Shown: positions 27,725 through 39,545 of the stretch, piece by piece
Numbering within the stretch: the first letter of the stretch is position 1
Layout: each line of letters starts with the position of its first letter
NCBI RefSeq assembly: GCF_008831285.2
Contig: NC_045138.2
Span: 37,696,001 to 37,760,000, forward strand
Length of the DNA stretch: 64,000 bases
Source: Nymphaea colorata
Lineage: Eukaryota
Direction: 5' to 3'
Translations under genes and position numbers: made by a program
The notes under the pieces: generated by a model
Database searches by the model: none
What the model saw: only the letters and a program-made list of their open reading frames with translations
Told to the model about the DNA's origin: nothing

Positions 27725-29100
27725 GGACCTTCCTGTCCCCTTGAAATATAATGTTCTAGACAATTAAACACTCACTTGTATCGGTTCTAGTTAGTATCTT
27801 GAAAGAGCAACTAGTTATTTGCAAAATTGAATATAGCACAAACGGTATGAGATATTGGAATCCAATCTCTTGGGAGTAGGTTTAGGCATCGGGCTGGGTT
27901 GAGTTAAGCTTGACAAACTCGAGCTTGAGCAGGCTAGAAGTTCTTGTCGACAACCTATATGACCTATACTTATAACGAATCAGGTCAGATCCAACCCTCA
28001 ACTTCATGGCTCAAAGGTCTTCCAACTCTATTTTGTGATAGAAAAAAAGAAAAAAAAAAACTTTATATAAGTCATTCAACTTTTATAGAGATATTAAAAA
28101 AGGAATTATTTCTCATGGTTGAATGACAATGGATTGAAAAATCTAGAGTTTGACAAATGCACAAATTTAAGGTGGAACTGAAGCTCAGATCCCCGGGTAC
28201 GAGTTCCAGGGTAAAAAAATTAAACTCCCCCCTAAATGTGCATTTTTTTATTAAAAGCTAAAAGTTTGATTAAGTACTGATTATAAATGCCAATAAATTT
28301 CATAGCCCGAGTTTCTTCGTGTTGTGCCTGTCTACGTAAAACGTGGTAATCAGAGCTTCCAAGAGAAATAAAAGTTTCTAACTTAACAAACAGTTAAAAA
28401 GAAAGGCATAAGTTGAAGTCTGGAACAAAAGACACAAGAAATTAAGAAGCCGGGCTGCTCGACGGGGACGGGTTCATCAAATAAGAATTACAAATGGGAG
28501 TAGGTCTGAATGATCAAGACACGCCGTATTCGTCAAGTTGCCGGAGAAGGACGTCGACACGTCTATTTCCGTCGCTGTACGTCTCTGTCCCACATGTTCA
28601 CCTCTTCTTTATTCTTAGTCTCACCTTCATTTCATCTTTTCCTGTTCCTGCTTCACCATTGTGTTTGACATTCGGGCGTTCTGCACCCAGATTTGATCTT
28701 GCTGCGCTGTTTAAACTAAGAATCGAACTTTTATAATTAAAGATGAATTTGGGGTTTACTAAAATATATAAGCATAAACGACGGCAGGCAGACGGCAGTA
28801 TTTCTAGTTCTTGCCCTCACGCTCATCGCTACATTTTCCGGGCCTTGCCACCTTTGGGAACTAGTTCAAGTTTTTTGTGGGTCTAAGTGATTACAATTAG
28901 AGGAACGAGGGAGACGGAGACCCGCCATTCATAGAAAGCGAAAGTTCTTACATAACCTCTTATCTCTCTTCGGGCTTGTTTTCCAGTGTGTAGAGGTGTC
29001 ACTTCTTCTCCCTTGTGCTTCACTTTACATATCAATCAATGACCCCTCTTTTGCAGCATAAGACTTTGACGTCTTTGACACTCGAAATGGAGAGTGGCAA

Positions 29101-29517
29101 TTAACATCCTAAAAATTTAGTCTCGTATTAAAGATTGTGAGGAATCTTCAATGACTTACAAAGAGGGTTATTAAATAAATTGTTGTCGTGGTTCGTAGCC
29201 ATTTTAGAGTTGGAATTGAAACTGCTAGGGAGCGGGTTGGGATCCGTCGAACCAGGGTCCTGAGTTTAGAAGTGGGTCAGGTTGTTACAGTAGTATCTGA
29301 TTCAGTTCAACATTCGGACCTAGGGTCTCACACGTACAAACGCGTGTGCTTTAAGGGGGTGTATTGTAACACCCCAAAAATTTAGTCTTATATTAAAATC
29401 TTGAAAGTCTTATAAAGAGGGTTATTAAATAGATGGATGTTAGAAATTGTTAAGAGGCAGGTTGAAATCTACCAAACCCGAGGGCGCTCGAACCCAATTT
29501 TGAGTCAGGTTGTTACA
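29101..29517 (+). mobile_element. TRIM (terminal-repeat retrotransposon in miniature), 417 bp
   Basis: Direct repeats 29101-29289 and 29365-29517 with T(G)TAACA...TGTTACA ends; degenerate Met-tRNA PBS GTAGTATCTGA at 29290; PPT-like AAGGGGGTG before the 3' LTR; 5-bp TSD GGCAA/TGCAA. Confidence 0.82.
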
Positions 29518-30129
29518 TGCAACCTACCAGTTCCAGCCCCAAACCTTTCCGCCAACCCCCTCAAGGATGGGTCTAAATAACTGAGGGTAAATCAGCCTGT
29601 AAACGCCATTTCTACTGCAGTGAAGTCAAGTTGGTGAGCTTGTGTTCAGTTTTCGCTCCTCATCCCACAAAGTTCTCTCTGTTAAACGTGTTACTGTCAT
29701 TTCAGCAAAGGGCATAGACGCCCCACCATTCGGTTGGAAGCTTGGGCCCGAGCATTCAATCTCTTGTCAGGAATTCAAGGAAAGGAGAAGGCAGGAGGAA
29801 GCGTAGTGCTATAGCTCATAAATATCTGGTCTAACTTTTTGTTTTGTCCTTTCAGCTTAACACTAACTAGTATGAGGGTAGCATTCGGATGACACCTTAG
29901 AAAAGGGGTTTTGCAAATATCCTATTTTATTAAGATTTAGTTTTTTAATAAGATTAGAAACGTTGTTTGTTTATTTGGATGCATGACATACCCAAACCCC
30001 AAAACTAGCATAAATTTTTCACTAGGATCTTCACAAACCAATTTTGACTTATCTAACACACCTAAAACCGCATTTTTTGGCCTCTAAAATGCTGGTTTGG
30101 GGTGTGATTCCAAAGTGCCCATTAATGGG

Positions 30130-30320
30130 CAGGAGCGGAGCTAGGATTTTTTTTAGGGGCAGAGGTAGGATTTTTTTCAGGGGCGAAGTTAGGATTTTCT
30201 TTAGGGGCGAGCTGACAATCTAATCTCTGAATTAAGTATGGCCAACTGAATTCAAATTTAAAAAATACATGGTGCAATTAAAAAAATTTATTTTTTTCAA
30301 TGTAATTTTTTTTTTCATTA
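30130..30320. mobile_element. Degenerate hAT-type MITE with a reiterated left terminus
   Basis: Three-plus tandem AGGGGC..AG.TAGGATTTT units (30130-30211) related to the TIR at 26414; no clear right TIR or TSD. Confidence 0.55.
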
Positions 30321-33300
30321 GCCTGAGTGGAGTGATGTGTTGTACTCCCAATTGACGAGTGTCTTCCTTCTTATCCATGTATTCTCAAATACCCCTAAAT
30401 CGTAGGTGCAAGGGGAGGGAGTGGGCGGTTTGGACCTCTCATCAAATCCCCTAGGTGATTGTTTTTCGAATGTGTGCCTAGTTGATGGTTTGAAAGATTA
30501 AAGAGTACTTCCACTACCTTAAGATTGAGTTAGGCTGGCCGTGAGCTTGTGGAGCTATGGAGCTATCGGAGCCGTGCACACCAAATAAGCTTGAAAAAGT
30601 CAGCCCGTCACAAATGGATTGTTGTGAAGTTAAGAGAGGTAAAAAAAAAAAAAGTACAAATATTTTCTAAACCATATTGGCAAGTTTAACAAGAGCCACC
30701 GGGGTTGGAATATGAAACATCGCAAGTTCTGAGTTCATGAAGCACAGTCATAGAGGGAATTCGTCAAATAAGGTATGTAACTAATAGGAACAGTTTGCAA
30801 TGCCCGCGCGCTCTGGTGCTGTAGATGAACCAATTGTCGACAATGTCATCCAAGTATTGGCATGCTTACGCTTGTTAGCTTTTCAGTAACTAGGAAAATG
30901 ATCAGAAAAACACGAGACTTGTTCTGTATTTCTTGAGGAGATCAGGTCGGCTCCGGCCAGGCATGGCGATGAGCTCATGATGGGAATGGCCATGATGCAT
31001 CTATGCTCCACCGGCCACCGCTCACCACCACCACCACCAATTTCTTCCGCCGTCACTCCCTCCTCCTCCTTCCCATGCTTCCACTTCCTCCATTACTCCG
31101 TTGGCTTCCTCTGTGGCTGCGACACCAATTGCTCCAGGACCATCGCATTAATTAACGACAGAAAGCTCTTTCACGGGGGCCTCTTTTTAATTGATATTAA
31201 TGTTTCCTAAGAAAGTAAAAAGCCAGAAGAATTGATAATTTTTCTATCAGTTTTTTTTTTTTATTATAAACATATTTGACTATTCGAGGCATGAAATACA
31301 TTTCTTTTGCATGTGACTGCAAGTTACTGGATGTTCATGACACTCACTCAGTCACTCTCTCGATCTGCTGCCCACTATCGTTTCAGTATTTCTTCTTTCA
31401 TTTTCCATTGAGATATGGTAAATTTTATTTCTTTTAACATGCTTTGTCAGTTTAATGGATAGATAATTGCATCTTGTAAGTAATCTATTGAGGATACACC
31501 CATGAAATTTGGTTAATCACGAATTTAATTGATTTGTCTATCTAATTCCTGAATAAATGTTCCCCGACTATATTAGACAAATAATGTGCTTTCCCCTAAT
31601 GAATAAGTTTAAAAGGATACAAATTTGCTGAATTTTTATTACGGTTAAGAATAATCTAAAATAAGAATAACAACCAAAATTGTTACTCACGTTGTTAAAA
31701 ACAATTAAAATGATGAGAAATTTTCGAAAGGGCACCAAAAAATGGGTCATAATTGCGGAACTCAAGGCTCAAGCCTTTTAATGGTTATCGCTAAAATTTC
31801 AATGTAAGTTGTTGAAGTATCATTATTATTTTGCCCTAAAAAAAACCTACCGGTTTATTTGCATATGTACCTAATTCTTTTCTTGCACAACTTTCTAGCA
31901 TTAATAAAAAAGATATTCGCTTATTTAACTTTGTATTAATAAAAACAAATAAGTTAGATATAACTAAATATGAAACTACTAGCATTATCTTTTATAGACA
32001 AAGAGGCTAATACAAATTAACAATATGAAATTTGTACGTACAAAACACATTTTATTCATTTTATCTCAATAAGCCAACTCAAAATAGTGATGACGTAGGA
32101 TTTAATTTGACCGACGGAAGGTCATTTTTGTTGCCAACGCGATGGGCGTTTTTTTAATAATATCCGAAAGTTAAGCGCGCTTATTGTAGCCAATTTTTAA
32201 GTGTGTTTACGAAAGTATCACAAAAATTGTACTCCTTTTTAATGAATAAGAGGAAAGAAGGTTCAATGTCATTGGTTAATATATATGGTGTCATGGAGCA
32301 AATTTGAGAGGCAGATCCTTTTTTTCGTTTAGTTTGTGTTTCCTGCCAACTGTCTGCTTAATCTTATTAGCGCATCACTGAGGAACAAGCAATTTAATTG
32401 CCTTTTCATGGGAGCCCAAAATTCTATCAGACTATTAAACTATTTACTTAAAGAGCAAATGAAGAGTGCATGTATGTGGAATCAATCAGAAAAGCCCAAG
32501 CAACTCGAACCCTGTTATAGCAACAGATAATAAGCATCAGAAGAATAGTAACTTGAGGAGAAATTATTTCTTATTATGTGAATGGGAATGAAATTTCAAA
32601 CTGTTAGATGAACATCGTAGAATCAGCCATCCAGAATGAGTGAAGAGTCCAAGACATCATCGAACATCTAGCTTGGGCTGCATACTACACCTGACCTCCA
32701 ACCAAGATGACCTTTATGACATGCTTGAGAACATGTCATTATTTACAGCCTTGAATTTTAGCCAAATATAAGTTAAAGCTAAACAGACAACAAGAAGCTG
32801 GCATCTACAAAAGCCAGTGAAGCAAAATGATCTGAAAACGGGTTATGTGATTCCCACTTATTCCTCTACGCTCGGTAGCTAATGTGCAATAGTATGATAT
32901 ATCAGACTGCAGATTCTTTTCATGGCTCCTGGTGCCAATGGTTTCATATCATTTTCTTATATGATATTGCCTCCAAATATCTGGGCAATGGGTGCCATTC
33001 CTCAACTAATGGATCATCGCAGCTTTCTGCAGCATATGAAGTTCTAAAATCTTCATCACATGTTTCAGGATTGTCCAGGTTCCATTGTTAAGATAAAGCT
33101 CAAAGCAGCAACACCACCCAACCAGTCACAGATTCTGGTCTTTAGGTTTATCAGCAAGGAAAAGTCCCCGGCTAAGTAGAAAAAAAATGACTTCTTGAGG
33201 AATCCTGAAAAAATATTGGTTCTAGCAAAGCACGTAGTTGAGCGCCTTCATTGACAAAACATGCACCACAATCACCAACAGGATACTATGCTTGGAAGGA

Positions 33301-33915
33301 AACGGTTTATCATAAACTTACCTGAGGACATCGTACAGCAAATTTATAGTAGTTATACCAATAACAGAAAGAAAAGCAATTGAATGCATAGCATGCCAAA
33401 TGACATACTAGGTAGCAAACAGCTTTGTTCAAGCATTTAAAGGTGCAAAATGAGGGGAGAAAATTGGAAGTGGAGCATGGTCCAACTGGGAGCTATGTCA
33501 AGATTTAGTTCAATCTTTCTGCACACTGACTTTTTAGCAGACGTTAATCTTTTGTCATGTTTCCCTCATATGAACCATCTTACTTCCTTACACAAAAGAG
33601 GCTATGTCACATGAGTGAGGATATGGGGTGCAGGAGTATATAAAATAAGCTTATATGCACATGTATAAATGAAATTTATGCATTTCAACTAGAACAATAC
33701 TAACCACCAACTTTTAAGAGCTGCACCACGGTACACCAAGTGAACATAAGGAGAATAGTAAGGGCTGTGGGCAAACAAGATCTTACAAAATAATTTACAA
33801 TTTTCAGATGAAACATAAAGAGAGATCCACAGCGTGTATCTGAAATAGAGCATCTCAACTAGCAAAATTTTGGTCAAGGACCAACATGATCCTTATACTC
33901 TTAATGGAGGAAGAA

Positions 33916-35010
33916 TTATTCTTTATACTTCAGTATAGCAAGATAAAAGGTAGGCTCATCTACAAATTCAGTTATATGAAATGAATGATCAGCTGCTATC
34001 TTCTCCAAAGATTCCTTGTCCGGCAATTCAGCAGTTACCATGTCAGGGTATCGCTGTCTCTGACGTTCAACAATTTCCCGCCCCTGTGCATAGCTCAGAA
34101 CAATTCTTGCACCTATGTGCAGAGGAAGATGCAGTTTATGCACGAGACAACAAAAATTCAGCTTTAGACAGATGTATGAGACTATGAGTTATTATTTTCT
34201 CACCAATCTTGATGGGTAAATTAGGTTCACCATGGCTCACACTTTTGAGCAAGCAACAAGTAAAAAAAGTTTTTCCTCACCTTTCTGGATAAATGAGGAT
34301 ATAGTAGGAGAATAAACAAACAATTACAAGTTTAAAAAATTCACCAAGTCTGCTTGTATATGACAGAATCAGATAAGTTCTTGAACAAGAATTTCAAAAT
34401 TTTGTCAAAATACAGTAACCGCTTCTTGTAAAAAATGATCTCTGCAGAGTGGTGAAAGCTAATGAATGCTTTGTAAAATAGAACAACCACAAGGTATTCC
34501 TTGGGTGAAAGATGTTACAGGCGATGAGAAGTGCAGTGTGGCTTTGGCGTTACCAACATGTTATGTTACAGAAGGAGCTGGTAGTAGCGTAGTACAATTC
34601 ACCGTTTAGTATAGGTAGTCATTGACAATACAATAACTCTATGTGGCATCTCTGCTTCCCAAGAAAAGGATAGGAATGACCAATTGATAATAAAAGCCAA
34701 TTTTCTGCTTGATAAAAACTGAAAGAGAACTAAAAGGAGCTTCCAAACAATTGTTGGATTTGTACCTCCACTAGTTTGTAAATCATATCATATGCCAATG
34801 CATGGAAACCCTGTTTCCATCCGAATGCAGGCTCCCCAACAGAGCCTACTGGTGTACAAGGATTCAAGGGACCCGATGGATAGGCAGTTGAAAATTTTCG
34901 AAGTACAGGAACATCCAGTAACTCCAAATAACGGCCAGTAAGGCTCCAAGATTAACAATATCATTACCAACCATCCAAATAATTTATTAGCACTTATAAC
35001 ACTTAAGAAA

Positions 35011-35043
<33 letters not shown>

Positions 35044-36092
35044 TCCATATAGACATGTTATCCAGCAGGAAACTAACTGCACGCTCTATTATTCGACAAC
35101 AAAACTAATAAACGAGTCGACCAAACACTCTGTTATAAGCAGCTTTTTGAATGCATAAAGGTGACCTAGAAAGGGTACGACAAGGGAAATGTTACTGTGG
35201 CACGAGTCACGACTGAGAGTCCCTTCTTATGCTACCATTCTGGATAACGGGGTAAGGAAACATAGCACCAAGGAACACATTCACTTTTCACAAATGCAAG
35301 TTACTCTACACCTTCACAAAATGAAAGTAAAATAATTACGCAGAAATTATTCACCAACTTCTGTCTCGCTTAATCTAACGCATAGGATCAAGCAGTGAAC
35401 CAGAGAAACAAGAATGAAAACCCAGAAGAAAAGAACGTTGAAATGACGAAGACTGCAAATCTAACACTCACCCGGAGAACAGCGAGAGACGAGTGCATCC
35501 AGGAGGCGATCAAGAGAACACGGCAGCGCCGGGAAGTAGTTAAGGAAGACGGCGTCAAAAGGAGCCCATCGTTCCGGGACGTCTACTATGTCCCCCTGCC
35601 AACACTTAACCGAATCGTACTTCTCCTTCACCATAGCGAGCATGTACAGGGAGTAGTGGACAACCAACAGGGGGCATGGATGGGCAGCCCTTATTCTGTC
35701 GACAAAGTCCTCGGTGGGCAAGCAGACAACAATCTTCGAAGAATCCTGAATGGCGCCTGCGGAGATGATGCGACCAGTCTTCTCCTCGATCTCCTTCTCT
35801 GAATTGACGTGATCGATGTCGAGGAAGGACCAATCCTTTTCGGTGAAGTCGTCGAAGGGGACGATCTCGACGTAGCTTCCCTCGTCAGCGGCAGCCGGCG
35901 CCGTCGAAGAAGAAGGAGAAGAGCAGAATACGCTGGTCCTGTAAGCTCGAGGAAGACGACGGTGAAGAAGGAATGAAGAGGAAGGATTTGGGGGCAGGAA
36001 GAGGAGAGGAAGACCAAGCGGCGGGAAGAGGAACAGGTGGTCTTACAGAGGTGGAGGATTGGAGCAGAGGACAGCGGAGTGAGAGAGTTCAT
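33916..36092 (-). CDS. Plastid-targeted SAM-dependent methyltransferase-like/uncharacterised plant protein, 2 exons, with an apparent 1-nt frameshift in the transit peptide
   Basis: Ser/Arg-rich N-terminus from the ATG at 36092. The mature-looking frame reads DEGSYVEIVPFDDFTEKDWSFLD...VKCWQGDIVDVPERWAPFDAVFLNYFP...CSPG. Donor GTGAGT after 35472; exon 2 is 34112-33916 (ARIVLSYAQGRE...FVDEPTFYLAILKYKE*). The ATG frame and mature frame differ by 1 nt. Confidence 0.75.
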
Positions 36093-37756
36093 GGTGGCGA
36101 AGAGAGAGAGAGGGGTCGTCTTTGGGCACCTCCAGAGACGCCTGCAAAGGATAACTTCTACCAGGAGGGTGTTTGGGAAAATGGGCAATCGTGGCGTTTG
36201 AACTTTCTCACAGAGACACGGATGACCGAGATACGATGCAAAATCCAGCCTTCAATCATATTTAGTTTAGCCTGCCCAATCACGGTGTTTCCTTGAGCGG
36301 ATAGAACGTCCGGAACACAAACGCGAAAACTAACCAGTAATCAAGATGACCTCAAAGGAGGCCGTTGGCACGAGAGGAGCTTACTCAATACAGATTGTCT
36401 CATGTGATTTCAAACTCAGGTATCTCATGGGTTAAAATTATGATAAGCTGTTTCATGATTTTAGTGGACCCATGATATACTTACAGTATTATTGCTTTAT
36501 TATTGTTTGCAGTTTAAAAAAGTAGTGTTCGCGGGCAGAAAGCATAAGATGTTATGTTCCTTGGGACTAGGAGCTAAAAATTAAAAAAGATTGGTCCAGC
36601 CAAGATCACAGGACTCAAATAATAATATATTTTGAGCGTAGTTGATAAATTTTGCTTTAACAAATCTAAGATCTGACCCAGCTTTCAATTAGAATTCTCA
36701 AATTTGAAATACGAAATATTTGTATCCACCGGCCACGGCCACTGCCAGCCTGATAGACCATTCTCATAAGAGATCTTCTTCGGATATGGTTCCGCGAGGA
36801 TTAAGGAATCATACGCGCATATATATAATCTTTGACAACCATTTTCTTTACCATCCGATGCAACGCCGCTAGGAGTTGGCTCCCATCCCTTTTATTCCAA
36901 AAGAACTAAAGAATATGTACAACCAAACAACGACAAGTTTCTCTACCATAAAGAGAAGGAAACCTGAACAATTATAGACTTAAGTTGGAACTGGCTCGAC
37001 TCATTTATTTGCTTGTATACTTGATTATAAGCAAGGGCCCAAGTTTCCGAGTTTCTGTTGGGGACAGGTGATGTGTTTAAATGAATAGACCAAAAGATTT
37101 AAAAATTTGATGAAAGGATGGTTTATTTCGTGGATTGGTGGCACAGGAACATGATAAGGATCGACTATATATATTATTAATTTTCGCCCTTCTCTCTCTC
37201 CTTAAGTGAAGCATGCACTGGCAGCATAGGTTGATTAGTTCTGGTTTTGCTGCTTATAGCTCTACCAAATTTGAATGCTGATGTAATTTAGAACTAAGCA
37301 TTCAACTAAGCCACTTAAAATATTCCCTCCTTATGCATAATTATAAGGAAAGTTTCATCCTCTAATTTTTCATTTTGTTTATTATGTCTGGGTACCAATT
37401 GATGGACGAAACTGAGCTCAAATATGAACGAAAAGAACAATATATTCTTGAAGTCTGCCTTGGCATGTTCAACAATCTAAAATTAAACAAAATAAATCAT
37501 GTCCCAATCAAACATAAAACAAGCCCTTCGAGATGCAACGTACATTTGAAACACTCAAAACGGCAGCTTATGGCACGCAAAGCTTTTGCACTCATGGCTG
37601 CCCAACTATCAAGCATGCATGAAATGCGCACAAACAAAAAGACCAGACATAACGGAGAAGGAAATGATCATCAAACAGAAACAAGTACTGGAACGGTGGA
37701 ATGTGGGGCTAATGATCAAGTTCTTTTTTTTTTTTTTTTTCCGGCCAGCCGGATCT

Positions 37757-39345
37757 CTACAGTCTGAGCTTGAGGCGGCCTTCGTTGGCTTGCTGGAAAA
37801 GGGCCGCTTGAGATGCCGCCGCGGCGTCGGAGATGAGCGCAGTAGTGAAGCCGGTCCTGACCTCCTCGGCGGTGAAGGGGAAGTGGTGGTTAACCATGGA
37901 GTTGAGGAAGGAAGCGGTTCCCTCTCGGAAGAGCGCGCCAAACCCATCGGTGCGGGGGTTGGCTAGGGCCTGGAGCAGGGTCAAGTCATGACCGAACACT
38001 GGTGTGCAAATACCACCGAACACACCAGCCACTGAGCCGATGTACCCTCCAAATAGTCCGTATATGGCAGCTGGGTGAAGTTTCCACCAGCTAAAAAAAC
38101 ACATGCATATTATTATTAAAATTTAAAATAATTAACGATTGAACAGATTAAAAACATTTAAGGAGTATACTATACTTGGTTGGTTAGATAAGCATATGAA
38201 CAGATGTTATTCTTATACACCATAAAAGTAGGATTGCAATACTCAAGTTAAAGGGTTGCACTATAATATTCATCTCCCACTTAAGTTCTCATATAGCCCA
38301 AGATGATCTTGAAAGTAAGGGGAATGGAGAGCTTTCTGGTTCTTTTTTACCATTGGATCTTTTTTAAGCCGTGGATTATTAATCTCATACTCATCTAAAA
38401 AGACTAGGAACAACAACAAAGTGAAGAAAATAAAGCTTGCCGAAGTTTTACAATGAAGATCAGAATTGAAGCAATGAAAGAAAATAAAACTTGCCCAAGA
38501 TTGAAAATAATAATCAGAACTGAAGCATTTTGTCCAAAAGGGGCTTCCCTTAAACGAAAATGAAGGCCAGAAAATAAATACTAGTATTTTCATACCACAA
38601 GCATTAATTTTTCAATGTTACGTGGTCCGCATTTAAAAGTGCGGCATCTTCTGCTTTAAGGAGTGCAGACAGAGGGAGACATATAATTTGAAATCATAGG
38701 TGATAGCGGTGAGAGAGACCAAGAGAGAGGGGGTTTACCTGCATGTGCCGAAGAAGAAGGGCGAGCCGATGTTAGGGTCGACGGGGGTGGTTGGTGGTGG
38801 AAGGACGGGAACGGAGCCGCCGCCGCCAGTTGCAGGTGGGTTGTAAGTTGGTGGAGAGTGGTAGTACCCGCCACCGTCAGATGGAGGAGTCAGGGAGCCG
38901 CCGCCAGTTGCAGGTGGGTTGTAGGTTGGTGGAGAGTGGTAGTAGCCGCCACCGTCAGATGGAGGAGTCAGGGAACCGCCGCCAGGTTGTCCGCCGCTTG
39001 GGGGCGAGTGGTAGTAACCCCCTCCGCCTGAGCGTGGAGTCCCGTAACTCCCGCCTGGCGGGTTGCCGCAGCCAGTGTGACCATGGTGAGGTGCACCGTT
39101 GCCTGCAACAGTAGCAGACGAACGCATATATTTCAATGTACAGTATACGAAAACAATGAGACAAATTCCGCGGACACAGAGAATAGAAACATGTTCGCTT
39201 GTTCTTACTCACATTCGCTTTCATCCCATACACTGTCAGGGAGGAGTTCTTCAGCAGTAGAGAGAGCGGGAACGTTCATGTGGTGTGACACCACAACCCC
39301 AAGCAGGAAGCACACCAAGCTCATGGTGACCCTCTTGCCCACCAT
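37757..39345 (-). CDS. PDF1: Protodermal factor 1-like proline/glycine-rich secreted protein, ~276 aa, 3 exons
   Basis: Exons 39345-39213, 39102-38739 and 38090-37757 join in frame (831 nt). Signal peptide, GGGYYHSPP repeats, and the PDF1-type C-terminal domain GTCSWWKLHP...LTLLQALANPRTDGFGALFREGTASFLNSMV...AAASQAALFQQANEG. Confidence 0.88.
38823..39020 (-). repeat. 78-bp (26-aa) coding tandem repeats in PDF1 exon 2
   Basis: GGGSLTPPSDGGGYYHSPPTYNPPAT occurs twice plus a partial third copy; identical anchors at 38823 and 38901. Confidence 0.85.
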
Positions 39346-39453
39346 TTTTCTGGAAGTTATGCTTCTGTTTCTTCTTTCTTCTTCTTCAGAAAGGAGAACA
39401 GAGCAGAGGAAAGGGAGAGACTATTGTGTGGAGAAGGTTGATGGTGGTGAGAG

Positions 39454-39461
39454 TTTATATA
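39454..39461 (-). promoter_or_regulatory. TATA box of the PDF1-like gene
   Basis: TATATAAA on the minus strand ~110 nt upstream of the ATG, followed by a CT-rich leader. Confidence 0.65.
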
Positions 39462-39537
39462 GAGGGTTGTGCTGTGGAAGTAAATATTTGCAGCGATTAG
39501 TGTCTTAGTAGTTGGAACTTGGAAGCCATGTAACAGG

Positions 39538-39545
39538 TGCATTTA
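39538..39545 (-). promoter_or_regulatory. L1 box (TAAATGCA), HD-ZIP IV (ATML1/PDF2) binding site
   Basis: Exact TAAATG(C/T)A match ~77 nt upstream of the TATA box of a PDF1 homologue, the gene in which the L1 box was defined. Confidence 0.7.

Noticed and set aside
35988..35996. Programmed -1 ribosomal frameshift site
   Set aside because: The CCCCCAAA run is not an X XXY YYZ heptamer in the zero frame; an assembly error is more parsimonious.
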